Source of the DNA: Acetatifactor sp.
GTDB taxonomy: Bacteria > Bacillota > Clostridia > Lachnospirales > Lachnospiraceae
Length of the DNA stretch: 64,000 bases
NCBI GenBank assembly: GCA_029055435.1
Contig: JAIDDH010000091.1
Location: forward strand, 10,024 to 74,023
Direction: 5' to 3'
In this document: piece after piece, positions 54,525-64,000 of the stretch
Numbering within the stretch: position 1 is the stretch's first letter
How the letters are laid out: every line of letters begins with the position of its first letter
Translations under genes and position numbers: made by a program
Notes under the pieces: generated by a model
The model's input: only the letters and a program-made list of their open reading frames with translations
What the model was told of the DNA's origin: nothing
The model's database searches: none

Positions 54525-55061
54525 ATGGCAGAGACAGCGGTGAAGCCTTTGGTCGGCATTGTGATGGGAAGTGATTCCGACATGCCGGTCATGGCCAAGG
54601 CAGCAGAGATTTTGGAGGAGCTTGGCATCTCGTATGAGATGACGATTATCAGCGCTCACAGGGAGCCGGATGTATTTTTTGCCTACGCAAAGAGTGCGGA
54701 GGAGAAGGGCTTTAAGGTGATTATTGCGGGGGCCGGCATGGCGGCGCATCTGCCCGGCATGTGTGCGGCGATCTTTCCCATGCCCGTCATCGGCATTCCC
54801 ATGCACACCACATCTCTGGGAGGCCGTGATTCCCTTTATTCCATCGTGCAGATGCCCTCGGGCATTCCCGTGGCCACTGTGGCTATCAACGGAGGCGCTA
54901 ACGCAGGACTTTTGGCGGCCAAGATTCTGGCCACCTCGGATGAGGCGCTTTTGCAGAAGCTGAAGGATTACAGCGCGAAGCTGAAAAGTCAGGTGGAGGC
55001 GAAGGACGCCAGACTGAAGGAAGTCGGCTATAAGGCATACATGGCGGAGCAGAAAAAATAG
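54525..55061 (+). CDS. purE: 5-(carboxyamino)imidazole ribonucleotide mutase
   Basis: ..VGIVMGSDSD..M..A...L...GI..E...ISAHR.P......A......G..VIIAGAG.AAHLPGM.AA....PVIG.P.. Confidence 0.95.
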   Translation: MAETAVKPLVGIVMGSDSDMPVMAKAAEILEELGISYEMTIISAHREPDVFFAYAKSAEEKGFKVIIAGAGMAAHLPGMCAAIFPMPVIGIPMHTTSLGGRDSLYSIVQMPSGIPVATVAINGGANAGLLAAKILATSDEALLQKLKDYSAKLKSQVEAKDARLKEVGYKAYMAEQKK

Positions 55062-55113
55062 AAAAAGCGGGCTTTGACAGGTACTGGGATTAGATTGCGG
55101 AGGTAGAAAAACG

Positions 55114-56139
55114 ATGGATTATAAGAAGGCAGGAGTAGATATCGAGGCCGGTTACCGGTCGGTGGAGCTGATGAAAAAGCATGTGCGCGAGACCATGCGC
55201 CCCGAGGTGCTGGGGGGACTGGGAGGTTTTTCGGGCGCTTTTTCCCTGAAAGCGATAAAGGATATGGAAAATCCCGTGCTCCTCTCCGGAACGGACGGCG
55301 TGGGCACCAAGATTAAGCTGGCATTTCTGATGGATAAGCACGACACGGTGGGAATTGACTGTGTGGCCATGTGCGTGAACGATGTGGCGTGCGCGGGGGG
55401 AGAGCCCCTGTTTTTCCTGGATTATATAGCATGCGGCAAGAACTATCCCGAGAAGATAGCCGCTATTGTGAAGGGTGTGGCCGAGGGTTGCAAGCAGGCC
55501 GGGGCCGCGTTGATCGGCGGAGAGACGGCGGAGCATCCCGGACTGATGCCCGAGGAGGAGTACGATCTGGCCGGTTTTGCGGTGGGAGTTGCGGATGAGA
55601 AGGATATCATCGACGGCTCGACGATCGCGGCGGGGGATACCCTGATCGGTATCGCATCCTCCGGCGTGCATTCCAACGGATTTTCTCTGGTGCGCAAGGT
55701 GTTTGAGATGACGAAGGAGAGCCTTGACACCTATTATGACGAGCTGGGGACGACTCTGGGCGAGGCGCTGATTACGCCCACCAGAATCTATGTGAAGGCT
55801 ATGAAGTCCATCAGGGACGCCGGCGTGCGGGTGAAGGGCTGCAGCCATATCACAGGGGGCGGATTCCAGGAAAATATTCCCAGAATGCTTCCCGATGGCG
55901 TGCGTGCCGTGGTGAAAAAGGACAGCTATGAGGTTCCCGCCATCTTCCGCCTGCTGCAAAAGAAGGGCGGCATTGCGGACGAGATGATGTACAATACATA
56001 TAATATGGGTCTTGGCATGGTGCTGGCAGTGGATCCGGCGGATGTGGATAAGACCATGGAGGCCGTCAGAGCGGCAGGGGATATTCCCTATATCGTAGGC
56101 AGCTGTGAGGCGGGCGAGAAGGGAGTCACTCTATGTTGA
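55114..56139 (+). CDS. purM: Phosphoribosylformylglycinamidine cyclo-ligase (AIR synthetase)
   Basis: [13 protein letters not shown].., ..[11 protein letters not shown].., ..[12 protein letters not shown].., ..GGETAE.., ..[11 protein letters not shown].. Confidence 0.95.
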   Translation: MDYKKAGVDIEAGYRSVELMKKHVRETMRPEVLGGLGGFSGAFSLKAIKDMENPVLLSGTDGVGTKIKLAFLMDKHDTVGIDCVAMCVNDVACAGGEPLFFLDYIACGKNYPEKIAAIVKGVAEGCKQAGAALIGGETAEHPGLMPEEEYDLAGFAVGVADEKDIIDGSTIAAGDTLIGIASSGVHSNGFSLVRKVFEMTKESLDTYYDELGTTLGEALITPTRIYVKAMKSIRDAGVRVKGCSHITGGGFQENIPRMLPDGVRAVVKKDSYEVPAIFRLLQKKGGIADEMMYNTYNMGLGMVLAVDPADVDKTMEAVRAAGDIPYIVGSCEAGEKGVTLC

Positions 56140-56759
56140 GAGTCGTGGTGTTAGTCTCCGGCGGCGGAACCAATCTGCAGGCAATCATCGATGCGGTAGC
56201 CGCGGGCAGTGTGACCAATACAGAGCTTGTGGGTGTCATTAGCAACAACAAGACAGTGAAGAGTCTGGAGCGGGCGCGCAGCGCGGGGATTCCCGCCGTC
56301 AGCGTCTCCCCGAAGGACTATGCGGACAGAGATCTTTTTAATGAGGCATTGTTGGCAAAAGTGGATGAACTGCAGCCGGATCTAGTGGTGCTGGCAGGTT
56401 TCCTGGTGGCGATTCCGCCCGCCATGGTGGAGCGGTATTCCGGTAGGATCATCAATATCCATCCCTCGCTGATACCATCTTTCTGCGGCGTGGGCTATTA
56501 CGGCCTGAAGGTGCATGAGCGGGCGCTGGAGCGGGGCGTGAAGGTCACCGGAGCCACGGTACATTTCGTGACGGAGGGCATGGACGAGGGCCCCATCATC
56601 GCCCAGAAACCTGTACTGGTGGAGGAGGGCGACACGCCGGAGGTATTGCAGCGCAGGGTGATGGAGCAGGCGGAGTGGATTCTTCTGCCCCAGGCCATAG
56701 ACGATATCGCCAACGGGCGCATCCGGATAGAGAACGGCAAAGTCGTGCAGGCGCAGTAA
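56133..56759 (+). CDS. purN: Phosphoribosylglycinamide formyltransferase
   Basis: ..[16 protein letters not shown].., ..[12 protein letters not shown].., ..[15 protein letters not shown].. Overlaps purM by 7 nt. Confidence 0.9.
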   Translation: MLRVVVLVSGGGTNLQAIIDAVAAGSVTNTELVGVISNNKTVKSLERARSAGIPAVSVSPKDYADRDLFNEALLAKVDELQPDLVVLAGFLVAIPPAMVERYSGRIINIHPSLIPSFCGVGYYGLKVHERALERGVKVTGATVHFVTEGMDEGPIIAQKPVLVEEGDTPEVLQRRVMEQAEWILLPQAIDDIANGRIRIENGKVVQAQ

Positions 56760-56790
56760 ACAAATACAGAGATAGAATTGAGGGATAAAT

Positions 56791-58065
56791 ATGAAGGTAT
56801 TAATCGTGGGCAGCGGCGGACGTGAGCATGCGATAGCCGCCAGCGTGGCAAAGAGCGCAAAGGTCGATAAAATCTATTGTGCGCCGGGCAATGCAGGCAT
56901 CGGACAGATTGCGGAGTGTGTGGCCATCGGGGCTATGGAATTTGATAAACTGGTGGCTTTCGCCAAGGAGAAGAATATAGATTTTGTCATTGTGGGCATG
57001 GACGATCCGCTGGTGGGCGGCCTTGTGGATGAGATGGAGGCCGCGGGCATCCGTACCTTCGGGCCCCGCAAAAATGCGGCGATTCTGGAGGGCAGCAAGG
57101 CTTTCTCCAAGGATTTGATGAAAAAATACAATATTCCGACTGCTACTTATGAGAATTTTGACGATCCGGAGGCGGCTGTGGCCTATCTGAAGGAGAAGGC
57201 GGATTATCCCATCGTGCTGAAAGCAGACGGGCTGGCTCTGGGCAAGGGCGTGCTGATCTGCAATACCATGGAGGAGGCGCTGGCAGGCGTGGATTCTATC
57301 ATGCGGGATAAGAAATTCGGCAGCGCGGGAAACCGCATGGTCATCGAAGAGTTTATGACCGGAAGGGAGGTCAGCGTGCTGTCCTTTGTGGACGGCAGAA
57401 CCATTCGCATCATGACTTCCGCTCAGGATCACAAACGGGCCCAGGATGGAGATCAGGGACTGAATACCGGCGGTATGGGTACTTTCTCCCCCAGCCCTTT
57501 CTACACGGAGGAAGTGGACGAATTTTGTAAAAAATATATTTATCAGGTCACGGTGGATGCCATGGCGGCAGAGGGGAGACCTTTCAAGGGCGTGATCTTC
57601 TTCGGACTGATGCTGACACCAAACGGCCCGAAGGTATTGGAGTACAATGCCAGATTCGGCGATCCTGAGGCGCAGGTGGTGCTGCCCCGCATGAAGAACG
57701 ATATCATCGAGGTGATGGAGGCCTGTGTGGATGGTACACTGGACAAAATAGATCTGCAGTTCGAGGACAATGCCGCCGTGTGCGTGGTGCTTGCCAGCGA
57801 AGGCTATCCGGTGTCTTATGAAAAAGGTTTTGTCATTCACGGACTGGAGAAGTTCGAGAATGCGGAAGGATATTATTGTTTTCATGCGGGCACTAAGCAG
57901 ACGCAGGAGGGCATTGTCACCAACGGTGGACGCGTGCTCGGCGTCACGGCCAAGGGGAGCGATTTGAAGGAGGCAAGGGCGAACGCCTACGCGGCCACGG
58001 AGTGGGTGCGTTTTGAAAATAAATATATGCGGCACGACATCGGGAAAGCGATAGACGAAGCATAA
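56791..58065 (+). CDS. purD: Phosphoribosylamine--glycine ligase
   Basis: MKVLIVGSGGREHAIA.., ATP-grasp ..PIVLKADGLALGKGV.., ..VLEYNARFGDPE.., 424 aa. Confidence 0.95.
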   Translation: MKVLIVGSGGREHAIAASVAKSAKVDKIYCAPGNAGIGQIAECVAIGAMEFDKLVAFAKEKNIDFVIVGMDDPLVGGLVDEMEAAGIRTFGPRKNAAILEGSKAFSKDLMKKYNIPTATYENFDDPEAAVAYLKEKADYPIVLKADGLALGKGVLICNTMEEALAGVDSIMRDKKFGSAGNRMVIEEFMTGREVSVLSFVDGRTIRIMTSAQDHKRAQDGDQGLNTGGMGTFSPSPFYTEEVDEFCKKYIYQVTVDAMAAEGRPFKGVIFFGLMLTPNGPKVLEYNARFGDPEAQVVLPRMKNDIIEVMEACVDGTLDKIDLQFEDNAAVCVVLASEGYPVSYEKGFVIHGLEKFENAEGYYCFHAGTKQTQEGIVTNGGRVLGVTAKGSDLKEARANAYAATEWVRFENKYMRHDIGKAIDEA

Positions 58066-58097
58066 TCGGGCGGAATTTGTGGGAAAAGAGGGATAGT

Positions 58098-58544
58098 ATG
58101 GATTTTAGTCTGTTTGATTACTATCATGTGCCATGTAAATGTGCGGAGTGCGGCGGCGTCATGGTGTTTAAGGGTGTGGGCGAGTATCACTGCGAGGATT
58201 GCGGAGCGGTGGACTATGACGATTACGGAAAGGTCAGGCTTTATCTGGAGGATCACAAGGGAGCCAATGCGGTGGAGGTAGAGAGTGAGACTGGCGTATC
58301 CCAGAAGTCCATCCGGCAGATGTTGCGTGAGTCCAGACTTCAGGTGGCGGAGAACTCTAGAACTTTCTTGAACTGTGAGATATGTAAGAAGACGATTCGC
58401 AGCGGAAGGTGGTGTCCCGAGTGCGAATTGAATGTACATCGCAATGCGGAGGAGCATATGCGCCGGGCAAAGAATCTTCAGGGATTTGGTTTCAATCAGT
58501 CCGGAGAAAGCGGACAGAGGCGTTTTATGCGTGAAAACGACTGA
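58098..58544 (+). CDS. Zinc-ribbon / HTH / zinc-ribbon protein (TIGR03826, YvyF-like architecture)
   Basis: CKCAECGG..N14..CEDCG, a central HTH-like ..ETGVSQKSIRQMLRESRL.., and a second ribbon CEICKK..N8..CPEC. ATG 58098 follows GAGGGA. Confidence 0.55.
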   Translation: MDFSLFDYYHVPCKCAECGGVMVFKGVGEYHCEDCGAVDYDDYGKVRLYLEDHKGANAVEVESETGVSQKSIRQMLRESRLQVAENSRTFLNCEICKKTIRSGRWCPECELNVHRNAEEHMRRAKNLQGFGFNQSGESGQRRFMREND

Positions 58545-58569
58545 TAAGGATTACAGAGAGGAAAAACTT

Positions 58570-60189
58570 ATGAAAAAGAGTAACAGATTATACCAGTGGC
58601 TGCAGGTGATGGCGGGAACCTTATTGTTGTTTGCCGCTCTGGCGGTGGGATTGTCGGCAGATGCGTTTTCTATCGTCAGCCATGCGGAAAGCGCAGGAAA
58701 GGTGACTGCAAGCAGCGCTAACATCCGAAAGGAGCCCAGTACTTCCAGCGAGACGCTGGCCAGTACCTCACAGGGCGCAGCTTTGAATGTCAAAGGGCAA
58801 ACTACGGGAAGTGACGGCTATACATGGTATCAGGTGAGCGACGGCTCCGTGACGGGATATATCCGGTCAGATCTGATGGAGATTACAGATGGAAGCACGC
58901 CTTCCACCATTGTAACGCCCACTTCGCCCTCCACTACATCGACGCCTACCACATCGACGCCGGATGAGCCTTTGGTGGATGTCACGGATGTGGAGCCGGT
59001 GAGCGGCAGCGTGTCGGGCGGTTCTCAGGTGCGAGTGCGTCAGAACGCCTCCACTACCAGCCGGATTGTCAGCACTGCGCGCAGCGGTCTTGCTGTGACT
59101 GTAACAGGGACGGCCACCGGAACGGACGGCGAGCAGTGGCGCAGAGTCAGCTTTATCTCCGGCAGTTCCGAGGTGACTGGTTTCATCCGCGCGGATTATG
59201 TGACTGTGAGCGGTGATCTGGTGCCTGTGGGTGCAGGGGGGACAGAGCAGCCCGAGGGCGGGCAGGAGCCGTCCGTTGAACCTGAGCCCGAGGAGGTCAA
59301 AGATTGGGACACCTATTATGAGGGTGAAAAATGGCATCTGCTGGACAATACGACCGGAAATACATGGGATATTGCTCAGATTTTTTCCATTAATGTGGAG
59401 AATGCAAACACACTGAAGGCAATGTTGAATAAAAACAGGACACAGCAGATTATTATCATTATTCTGGTTATTTTATTGATGGTGATGGCAATCGGTATCA
59501 GTTTCCTGATTTTCAAGCTGAAAGATATGACAGATTCCGCATACTTTAACGAGGTGGAGCGGGAGACCGTCCGCAGGAGAACGGCGGACCGGCCGGCGGA
59601 GAGGACTGCCGGAAGGACGCAGGGCGGCCAGAGAGTCATGCAGACGATGGGCGAGAGACGTCCCTCAGGCCAGGGCCAGGCAGGGCAGAGACCAGCCGGC
59701 TCTCAGGCGGCAAGACCCGGCGGCAGCACACAGCGTCCTGCGGGTCAGAGACCGACAGAACAAAGAGCTGCGGGAACTCAGACTGCAAGACCCGGCGGCA
59801 GCATGCAGCGTCCGGCAGGTCAGAGACCAGCCGGTTCTCAGACCGGAAGACCCGGTGACAGCACACAGCGTCCTGTGAGTCAGAGGCCAGCCGGCTCTCA
59901 GACCGGAAGACCTGACGACAGCGCGCAGCGCCCCGTGGGTCAGAGACCGGCAGAGCAGAGATCGACCGATCAAAGACCTGCAGGAGCTCAGCCTGCCCAG
60001 CGCCCCGCAAACCGTCAGTCTGACTACGCATCGGATTATGATTATAATTCCGATTATGAGCAGGAGGCTCCGGTACAGGAGGCGGCGCCTGCGCAGCCTC
60101 AAAAGAAGACCGGATGGAAGGCCAAGAACTTTATCAACGATGATGAGTTTGAATTCCAGTTTTTAGACTGGGAGGATGACCAGAAATAA
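58570..60189 (+). CDS. Membrane-anchored protein with two SH3b domains and an Arg/Pro/Gln-rich repetitive cytoplasmic tail
   Basis: Start at ATG 58570 (MKKSNRLYQW.., signal peptide). Two SH3b-like units (..ANIRKEPSTSS..GYTWYQV..GYIRSDL.. and ..VRVRQNASTTS..WRRVSF..GFIRADYV..). TM segment IIIIILVILLMVMAIGISFLIF, then 20-aa repeats. Confidence 0.75.
   Translation: MKKSNRLYQWLQVMAGTLLLFAALAVGLSADAFSIVSHAESAGKVTASSANIRKEPSTSSETLASTSQGAALNVKGQTTGSDGYTWYQVSDGSVTGYIRSDLMEITDGSTPSTIVTPTSPSTTSTPTTSTPDEPLVDVTDVEPVSGSVSGGSQVRVRQNASTTSRIVSTARSGLAVTVTGTATGTDGEQWRRVSFISGSSEVTGFIRADYVTVSGDLVPVGAGGTEQPEGGQEPSVEPEPEEVKDWDTYYEGEKWHLLDNTTGNTWDIAQIFSINVENANTLKAMLNKNRTQQIIIIILVILLMVMAIGISFLIFKLKDMTDSAYFNEVERETVRRRTADRPAERTAGRTQGGQRVMQTMGERRPSGQGQAGQRPAGSQAARPGGSTQRPAGQRPTEQRAAGTQTARPGGSMQRPAGQRPAGSQTGRPGDSTQRPVSQRPAGSQTGRPDDSAQRPVGQRPAEQRSTDQRPAGAQPAQRPANRQSDYASDYDYNSDYEQEAPVQEAAPAQPQKKTGWKAKNFINDDEFEFQFLDWEDDQK
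59686..59960 (+). repeat. Coding tandem repeat, about 4.5 units of 60 bp (one unit expanded to 75 bp)
   Basis: Units start at 59686, 59746, 59821, 59881 and 59941. The consensus CAGAGACCAGCCGGCTCTCAGACCGGAAGACCCGG.GACAGCACACAGCGTCCTG.GGGT encodes QRPAGSQTGRPGDSTQRPVG-like 20-mers. Confidence 0.85.
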
Positions 60190-60265
60190 AAAGTCACAAA
60201 TGGGAAATCAATAATAATATAAGTTTTTGTTGTCCAGAATATGTAAAAAAAGGAGAGACAAGACT

Positions 60266-61066
60266 ATGGGATTTCTGGAAGGTAAAACAGCGATTATTAC
60301 TGGGGCGGGGCGGGCCGTTTTGAGTGACGGCAGATGCGGTTCCATCGGATATGGAATTGCCACCGCCTATGCGAAAGAGGGAGCGAATCTGGTAATCACC
60401 GGACGCAATGTGAAAAAGCTGGAGGATGCGAAGGAAGAGCTGGAGCGTCTGTACGGCATCAAGGTGTTGACGATACAAGCGGATGTAAATGCCGGGGCGG
60501 ACAATGAGGCGGTGGTGGCCAATGTGGTGAAGCAGACGGTAGATACCTTCGGCGGAATTGATGTCCTGATCAATAATGCTCAGGCGTCTGCATCGGGAGT
60601 GCCGCTTGCGGAGCACACCACGGAGCAGTTTGATCTGGCGCTGTATTCAGGGTTGTTTGCTGCATTTTATTATATGAAGGCATGTTATCCGTATCTGGCG
60701 AAGTCCAAGGGGGCAGTTATCAATTTTGCCTCCGGGGCGGGTCTGTTCGGCAATTACGGACAGAGCGCTTATGCGGCGGCAAAGGAGGGAATCCGCGGAT
60801 TGTCCCGTGTTGCGGCTACAGAGTGGGCGAAGGATGGAATCAATGTGAATATTGTCTGTCCGCTGGCGTGGACGGCGCAGCTTGAACAGTTTGAGAAAGC
60901 TTATCCGGATGCCTTTAAGGAGAATGTCAAAATGCCTCCTGCCGGGCATTACGGCGATGCGGAGCTGGAGATCGGGCGCGTGTGCGTTCAGCTTGCATCC
61001 CCGGATTTCAAGTATATGACGGGCGAGACCATCACGCTGGAGGGCGGAATGGGACAGAGACCGTAA
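60266..61066 (+). CDS. SDR-family oxidoreductase
   Basis: MGFLEGKTAIITGAGRA.. (TGxxxGxG variant), ..NNAQ.., catalytic YxxxK in ..SAYAAAKEG.. ATG 60266 lies 8 nt after AGGAGAG. Confidence 0.85.
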   Translation: MGFLEGKTAIITGAGRAVLSDGRCGSIGYGIATAYAKEGANLVITGRNVKKLEDAKEELERLYGIKVLTIQADVNAGADNEAVVANVVKQTVDTFGGIDVLINNAQASASGVPLAEHTTEQFDLALYSGLFAAFYYMKACYPYLAKSKGAVINFASGAGLFGNYGQSAYAAAKEGIRGLSRVAATEWAKDGINVNIVCPLAWTAQLEQFEKAYPDAFKENVKMPPAGHYGDAELEIGRVCVQLASPDFKYMTGETITLEGGMGQRP

Positions 61067-61088
61067 ATGCGTACAGGAGGGTGTACGG

Positions 61089-63269
61089 ATGATAAAAATC
61101 CGCTGTGTGGTGGAGAGAATCACATATCAGAATCCTGAAAACGGCTATTCGGTGCTCAAGGTGCGTGTCAAGGGATATGATGATCTGGTGCCCCTGGTGG
61201 GGAATCTGGTGGATGTGAATGTAGGTTCCGTGCTCCTGGTGGACGGTAATTGGAAAGTGGACGCCAAGTACGGGCGTCAGTTTGTGGCGGAGTCATGGGA
61301 GGAGACCATGCCCGCCACAATTTATGGTATCGAGAAATATCTCGGCTCCGGTCTGATCAAAGGAGTGGGCCCCAAGTTCGCAAAACGGATCGTGCAGTGT
61401 TTCGGGACAGATACTCTGGAAGTGATTGAGATGGATGTGGGGCGGCTTCTGGAGGTTGAGGGCATCGGCCGGAAGCGGGTGGACAGGATCGCGGAGAGCT
61501 GGGAGCGGCAGAAGGAGATCAAAAATGTCATGCTCTTTCTTCAGGATCACGGCGTCAACACATCCTTTGCCGCAAAAATATATAAGCAGTATGGAAACGA
61601 GAGCATAGAGATAGTCAAAAAGAATCCTTTCCGCCTGGCTGACGATATCTGGGGAATCGGTTTTAGGACCGCGGATCAGATCGCGCAGAAACTGGGAGTG
61701 GAAAAGGAGGCTTTTGTGCGCCTTCGCAGCGGTATTATGTACACTCTGAGCAATCTGGCGGACGAGGGCCATGTCTATGGGGAGAAGGAGCAGTTGATCA
61801 GCCGGGCGGCAGAGCTTTTGGAGGCGGACGAGGCGCCCGTGGTCATGACTCTGGATCAGATGCTGAAAGATAAGGATTTGATTCAGGAGGCGGATGCAAT
61901 TTATCTTCCGCCCTTTTATTATGCGGAAATCGGCGTTGCCAATAAACTGCGGCGGCTTCAGGAGGAACCGGCCGCAGACCGGCTGTGGAGCAGACTGACA
62001 GAGGCGAGACGCCAGACGGGGAATGAGAATCTCTCCGTAGATATTGCCGGAATCCAGCAGTCGGTTGGAATGACCTACGACGAGGTGCAGGCCAATGCCA
62101 TCAGGCAGGCCGCGGTTTCAAAGGTGATGGTGCTGACCGGCGGGCCCGGAACCGGAAAGACGACTACGACGCAGGGAATCATCGCCGCATTTCGAGCCTA
62201 CGGGTTAAAAATCCTTCTGGCGGCCCCCACAGGGAGGGCGGCACAGAGGATGACGGAGGCTGCGGGGGTGGAGGCAAAGACCATCCATAGACTGCTGGAG
62301 TTTAATCCGTCAGAAGGGTATCAGAAAAATGAGGAGCAGCCGCTGGAGGGAGATGTGCTGATTGTGGACGAGTGTTCCATGATTGACATCGTCCTCATGA
62401 ATGCCCTGCTGAAAGCCGTTCCGCCGCAGATGCGCCTGATTCTGGTGGGGGATATAGACCAGCTTCCCTCTGTGGGCGCGGGAAATGTGCTGCGGGATAT
62501 TATTGACTCCGGGTGTTTTCCGGTGATCCGCCTGACCCGCATTTTCAGGCAGGCCCAGAGCAGCCGCATCATTATGAACGCGCACAGGATCAATGAGGGA
62601 AACATGCCAGATATCTCAAACGGCAAGACCGCGGACTTTTTCTTCCTGCAGCGGGAGGAGCCGGAGCAGGTATTATCGGAGATTGTGCGACTTGTGAGAG
62701 ATAAGCTTCCCGGATATTACCGCGTGCCGTCGGCGCAGATTCAGGTGCTGACGCCGATGCAGAGAGGAATTGTGGGAGCCACCAATCTGAATCTGGCTTT
62801 GCAGGAGGCTCTGAATCCCCGGGGCGAGGGGCTGCGCAGAAGCGGCTCTGTGTTCAGGCCAAACGACAAGGTGATGCAGATTAAAAATAATTATGACAAA
62901 GAGGTGTTCAACGGCGATATCGGAGTGGTGGAGAAAGTGGATATGGAGGAACGGACTCTCACCGTTCAGTTTGACAAGCGCCCGGTGGAGTATGATATAA
63001 TGGAGCTTGATGAGTTGACACATGCATATGCCACAACCATCCATAAGTCTCAGGGATCCGAGTATCCCATTGTGGTCATGCCCATTTTGATGAATCACTA
63101 TGTGATGTTGCAGAGAAATCTGATCTATACCGGCATCACGAGGGCAAAGAAAATCTTTGTGATGGTGGGGACGAGGAACGCGCTGGCCTATGCGGTGCGC
63201 AATGTCACGGTGCATAAGAGGAACACCATGCTGAAGGAGCGGCTGGTCTCAGGGCTGAGCATTATATGA
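61089..63269 (+). CDS. recD2: ATP-dependent RecD-like DNA helicase (RecD2/YrrC type, SF1B)
   Basis: 726 aa. N-terminal OB/HhH modules, Walker A LTGGPGTGKTT, Walker B LIVDECSM, ..LVGDIDQLPSVG.., C-terminal ..ATTIHKSQGSE.. and ..YTGITRAK.. Confidence 0.9.
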   Translation: MIKIRCVVERITYQNPENGYSVLKVRVKGYDDLVPLVGNLVDVNVGSVLLVDGNWKVDAKYGRQFVAESWEETMPATIYGIEKYLGSGLIKGVGPKFAKRIVQCFGTDTLEVIEMDVGRLLEVEGIGRKRVDRIAESWERQKEIKNVMLFLQDHGVNTSFAAKIYKQYGNESIEIVKKNPFRLADDIWGIGFRTADQIAQKLGVEKEAFVRLRSGIMYTLSNLADEGHVYGEKEQLISRAAELLEADEAPVVMTLDQMLKDKDLIQEADAIYLPPFYYAEIGVANKLRRLQEEPAADRLWSRLTEARRQTGNENLSVDIAGIQQSVGMTYDEVQANAIRQAAVSKVMVLTGGPGTGKTTTTQGIIAAFRAYGLKILLAAPTGRAAQRMTEAAGVEAKTIHRLLEFNPSEGYQKNEEQPLEGDVLIVDECSMIDIVLMNALLKAVPPQMRLILVGDIDQLPSVGAGNVLRDIIDSGCFPVIRLTRIFRQAQSSRIIMNAHRINEGNMPDISNGKTADFFFLQREEPEQVLSEIVRLVRDKLPGYYRVPSAQIQVLTPMQRGIVGATNLNLALQEALNPRGEGLRRSGSVFRPNDKVMQIKNNYDKEVFNGDIGVVEKVDMEERTLTVQFDKRPVEYDIMELDELTHAYATTIHKSQGSEYPIVVMPILMNHYVMLQRNLIYTGITRAKKIFVMVGTRNALAYAVRNVTVHKRNTMLKERLVSGLSII

Positions 63270-63299
63270 TGCGGATTTCGGGGAAAGGGTATCTGATTT

Positions 63300-64000
63300 A
63301 TGCTGAAGCAGATTAAATATTTTCAGGCAGTGGTCCGCTGCGGGAGTTTTACGGAAGCGGCAGATGAGTGTTACATATCCCAGTCGGCCATTTCACAGCA
63401 GATTCAGGCTCTTGAACAGACGCTTGGAATTAAGCTGTTAGACCGCAGAAACCGAAAATTTTCGGTTACGCCTGCCGGCGAGTATTTTTACAGGAAAAGT
63501 CTGCTCTGGGTGGATGATTTTGAGAAGATGTGCAGGGAGACAGTCCGGATTGCCCATCGGGACGAGCCTCAGCTTCACATAGGCTATTTGAAATGCTATA
63601 GCGGCGGCGAGTTTCAGCAGGCGGTGGCGGAATTTGCGGAAAAACATCCGGATATTGCGATTCATATTATCAACGGCAATCACGAGGAGCTGTATGATGA
63701 ATTGCGTCTCGGAAGAGTTGACCTGGTATTGAGCGATCAGAGGAGGGCTTTTTCTGACGAGTATGTGAATTTTGTTCTGACTGCCAGCGAGTGCTGTGTT
63801 GAAGTTTCAGGGCGCAGCCCCATTGCAGAGCTGGAAAGTGTAAATGTTCAGGATCTGACAGATATTCCGTGTATTCTGGTCGCCTCACAGAGCCAGCGTG
63901 AGAATGAGAGGAGTTATTATCACGATGTGGTGGGAATCCGCGGAGATTTTCTGTTTGCGGAGAATCTGGAGGAGGCGAGACTGTTGGTCGCCGGAGGAAA
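63300..64000 (+). CDS. LysR-family transcriptional regulator (3' end beyond the window)
   Basis: My own translation from ATG 63300 is MLKQIKYFQAVVRCGSFTEAADECYISQSAISQQIQALEQTLGIKLLDRRNRKFSVTPAGEYF.. The frame stays open to nt 64000. Confidence 0.85.
   Translation, partial: MLKQIKYFQAVVRCGSFTEAADECYISQSAISQQIQALEQTLGIKLLDRRNRKFSVTPAGEYFYRKSLLWVDDFEKMCRETVRIAHRDEPQLHIGYLKCYSGGEFQQAVAEFAEKHPDIAIHIINGNHEELYDELRLGRVDLVLSDQRRAFSDEYVNFVLTASECCVEVSGRSPIAELESVNVQDLTDIPCILVASQSQRENERSYYHDVVGIRGDFLFAENLEEARLLVAGG

Noticed and set aside
59686-59960. Regular 60-bp repeats as a CRISPR array
   Set aside because: The units are directly adjacent with no unique spacers, they lie in frame inside a long ORF, and there are no cas genes nearby.

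Overview
This 64-kb window is chromosomal DNA from a moderately GC-rich, spore-forming Firmicute. It is class Clostridia, and the gene content and GGAGG-type RBSs look Lachnospiraceae-like, though that placement is inference only. Most of the window is housekeeping: spoVAD and spoVAE, ridA, aroK, degV, argG, an argC-(HAD)-(GNAT)-argJ-argB-argD operon, comEA and comEC, holA, mscL, nrdD, pyrF, pyrE, purE-purM-purN-purD and recD2. It also carries three OmpR-type two-component systems, several ABC transporters, and an AraC-linked alpha-galactoside locus (ABC importer plus GH36). I saw no rRNA, tRNA, CRISPR array, transposase or integrase. Eight things stand out. (1) An AT-rich 2.3-kb island at 48.0-50.3 kb encodes a small XRE-HTH, an ABC/SMC-type ATPase and an overlapping TIGR02646-like HNH protein. 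I read this as a compact Septu-like (PtuA/PtuB) anti-phage candidate with its own regulator, and it is the best candidate for a new system variant. (2) A family of long nested-palindrome intergenic repeats has three copies plus one fragment between 5.4 and 15.7 kb, and one copy splits a response-regulator/kinase gene pair. (3) An XRE-HTH fused to a degenerate PurM-like domain heads a heterodimeric ABC-exporter operon. (4) NrdD carries a C-terminal thioredoxin-fold (CPNC) domain, and there is no adjacent nrdG. (5) The sugar-binding lipoprotein of the alpha-galactoside locus is interrupted by a single in-frame TAG. (6) An AT-rich two-component system plus BcrAB-like ABC island lies between comEC and holA. 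(7) An AT-rich HAD gene is inserted in the arg operon. (8) The tail of an SH3b membrane protein contains 60-bp coding tandem repeats. Coordinates of short motifs were counted by hand and may be off by 1-2 nt.
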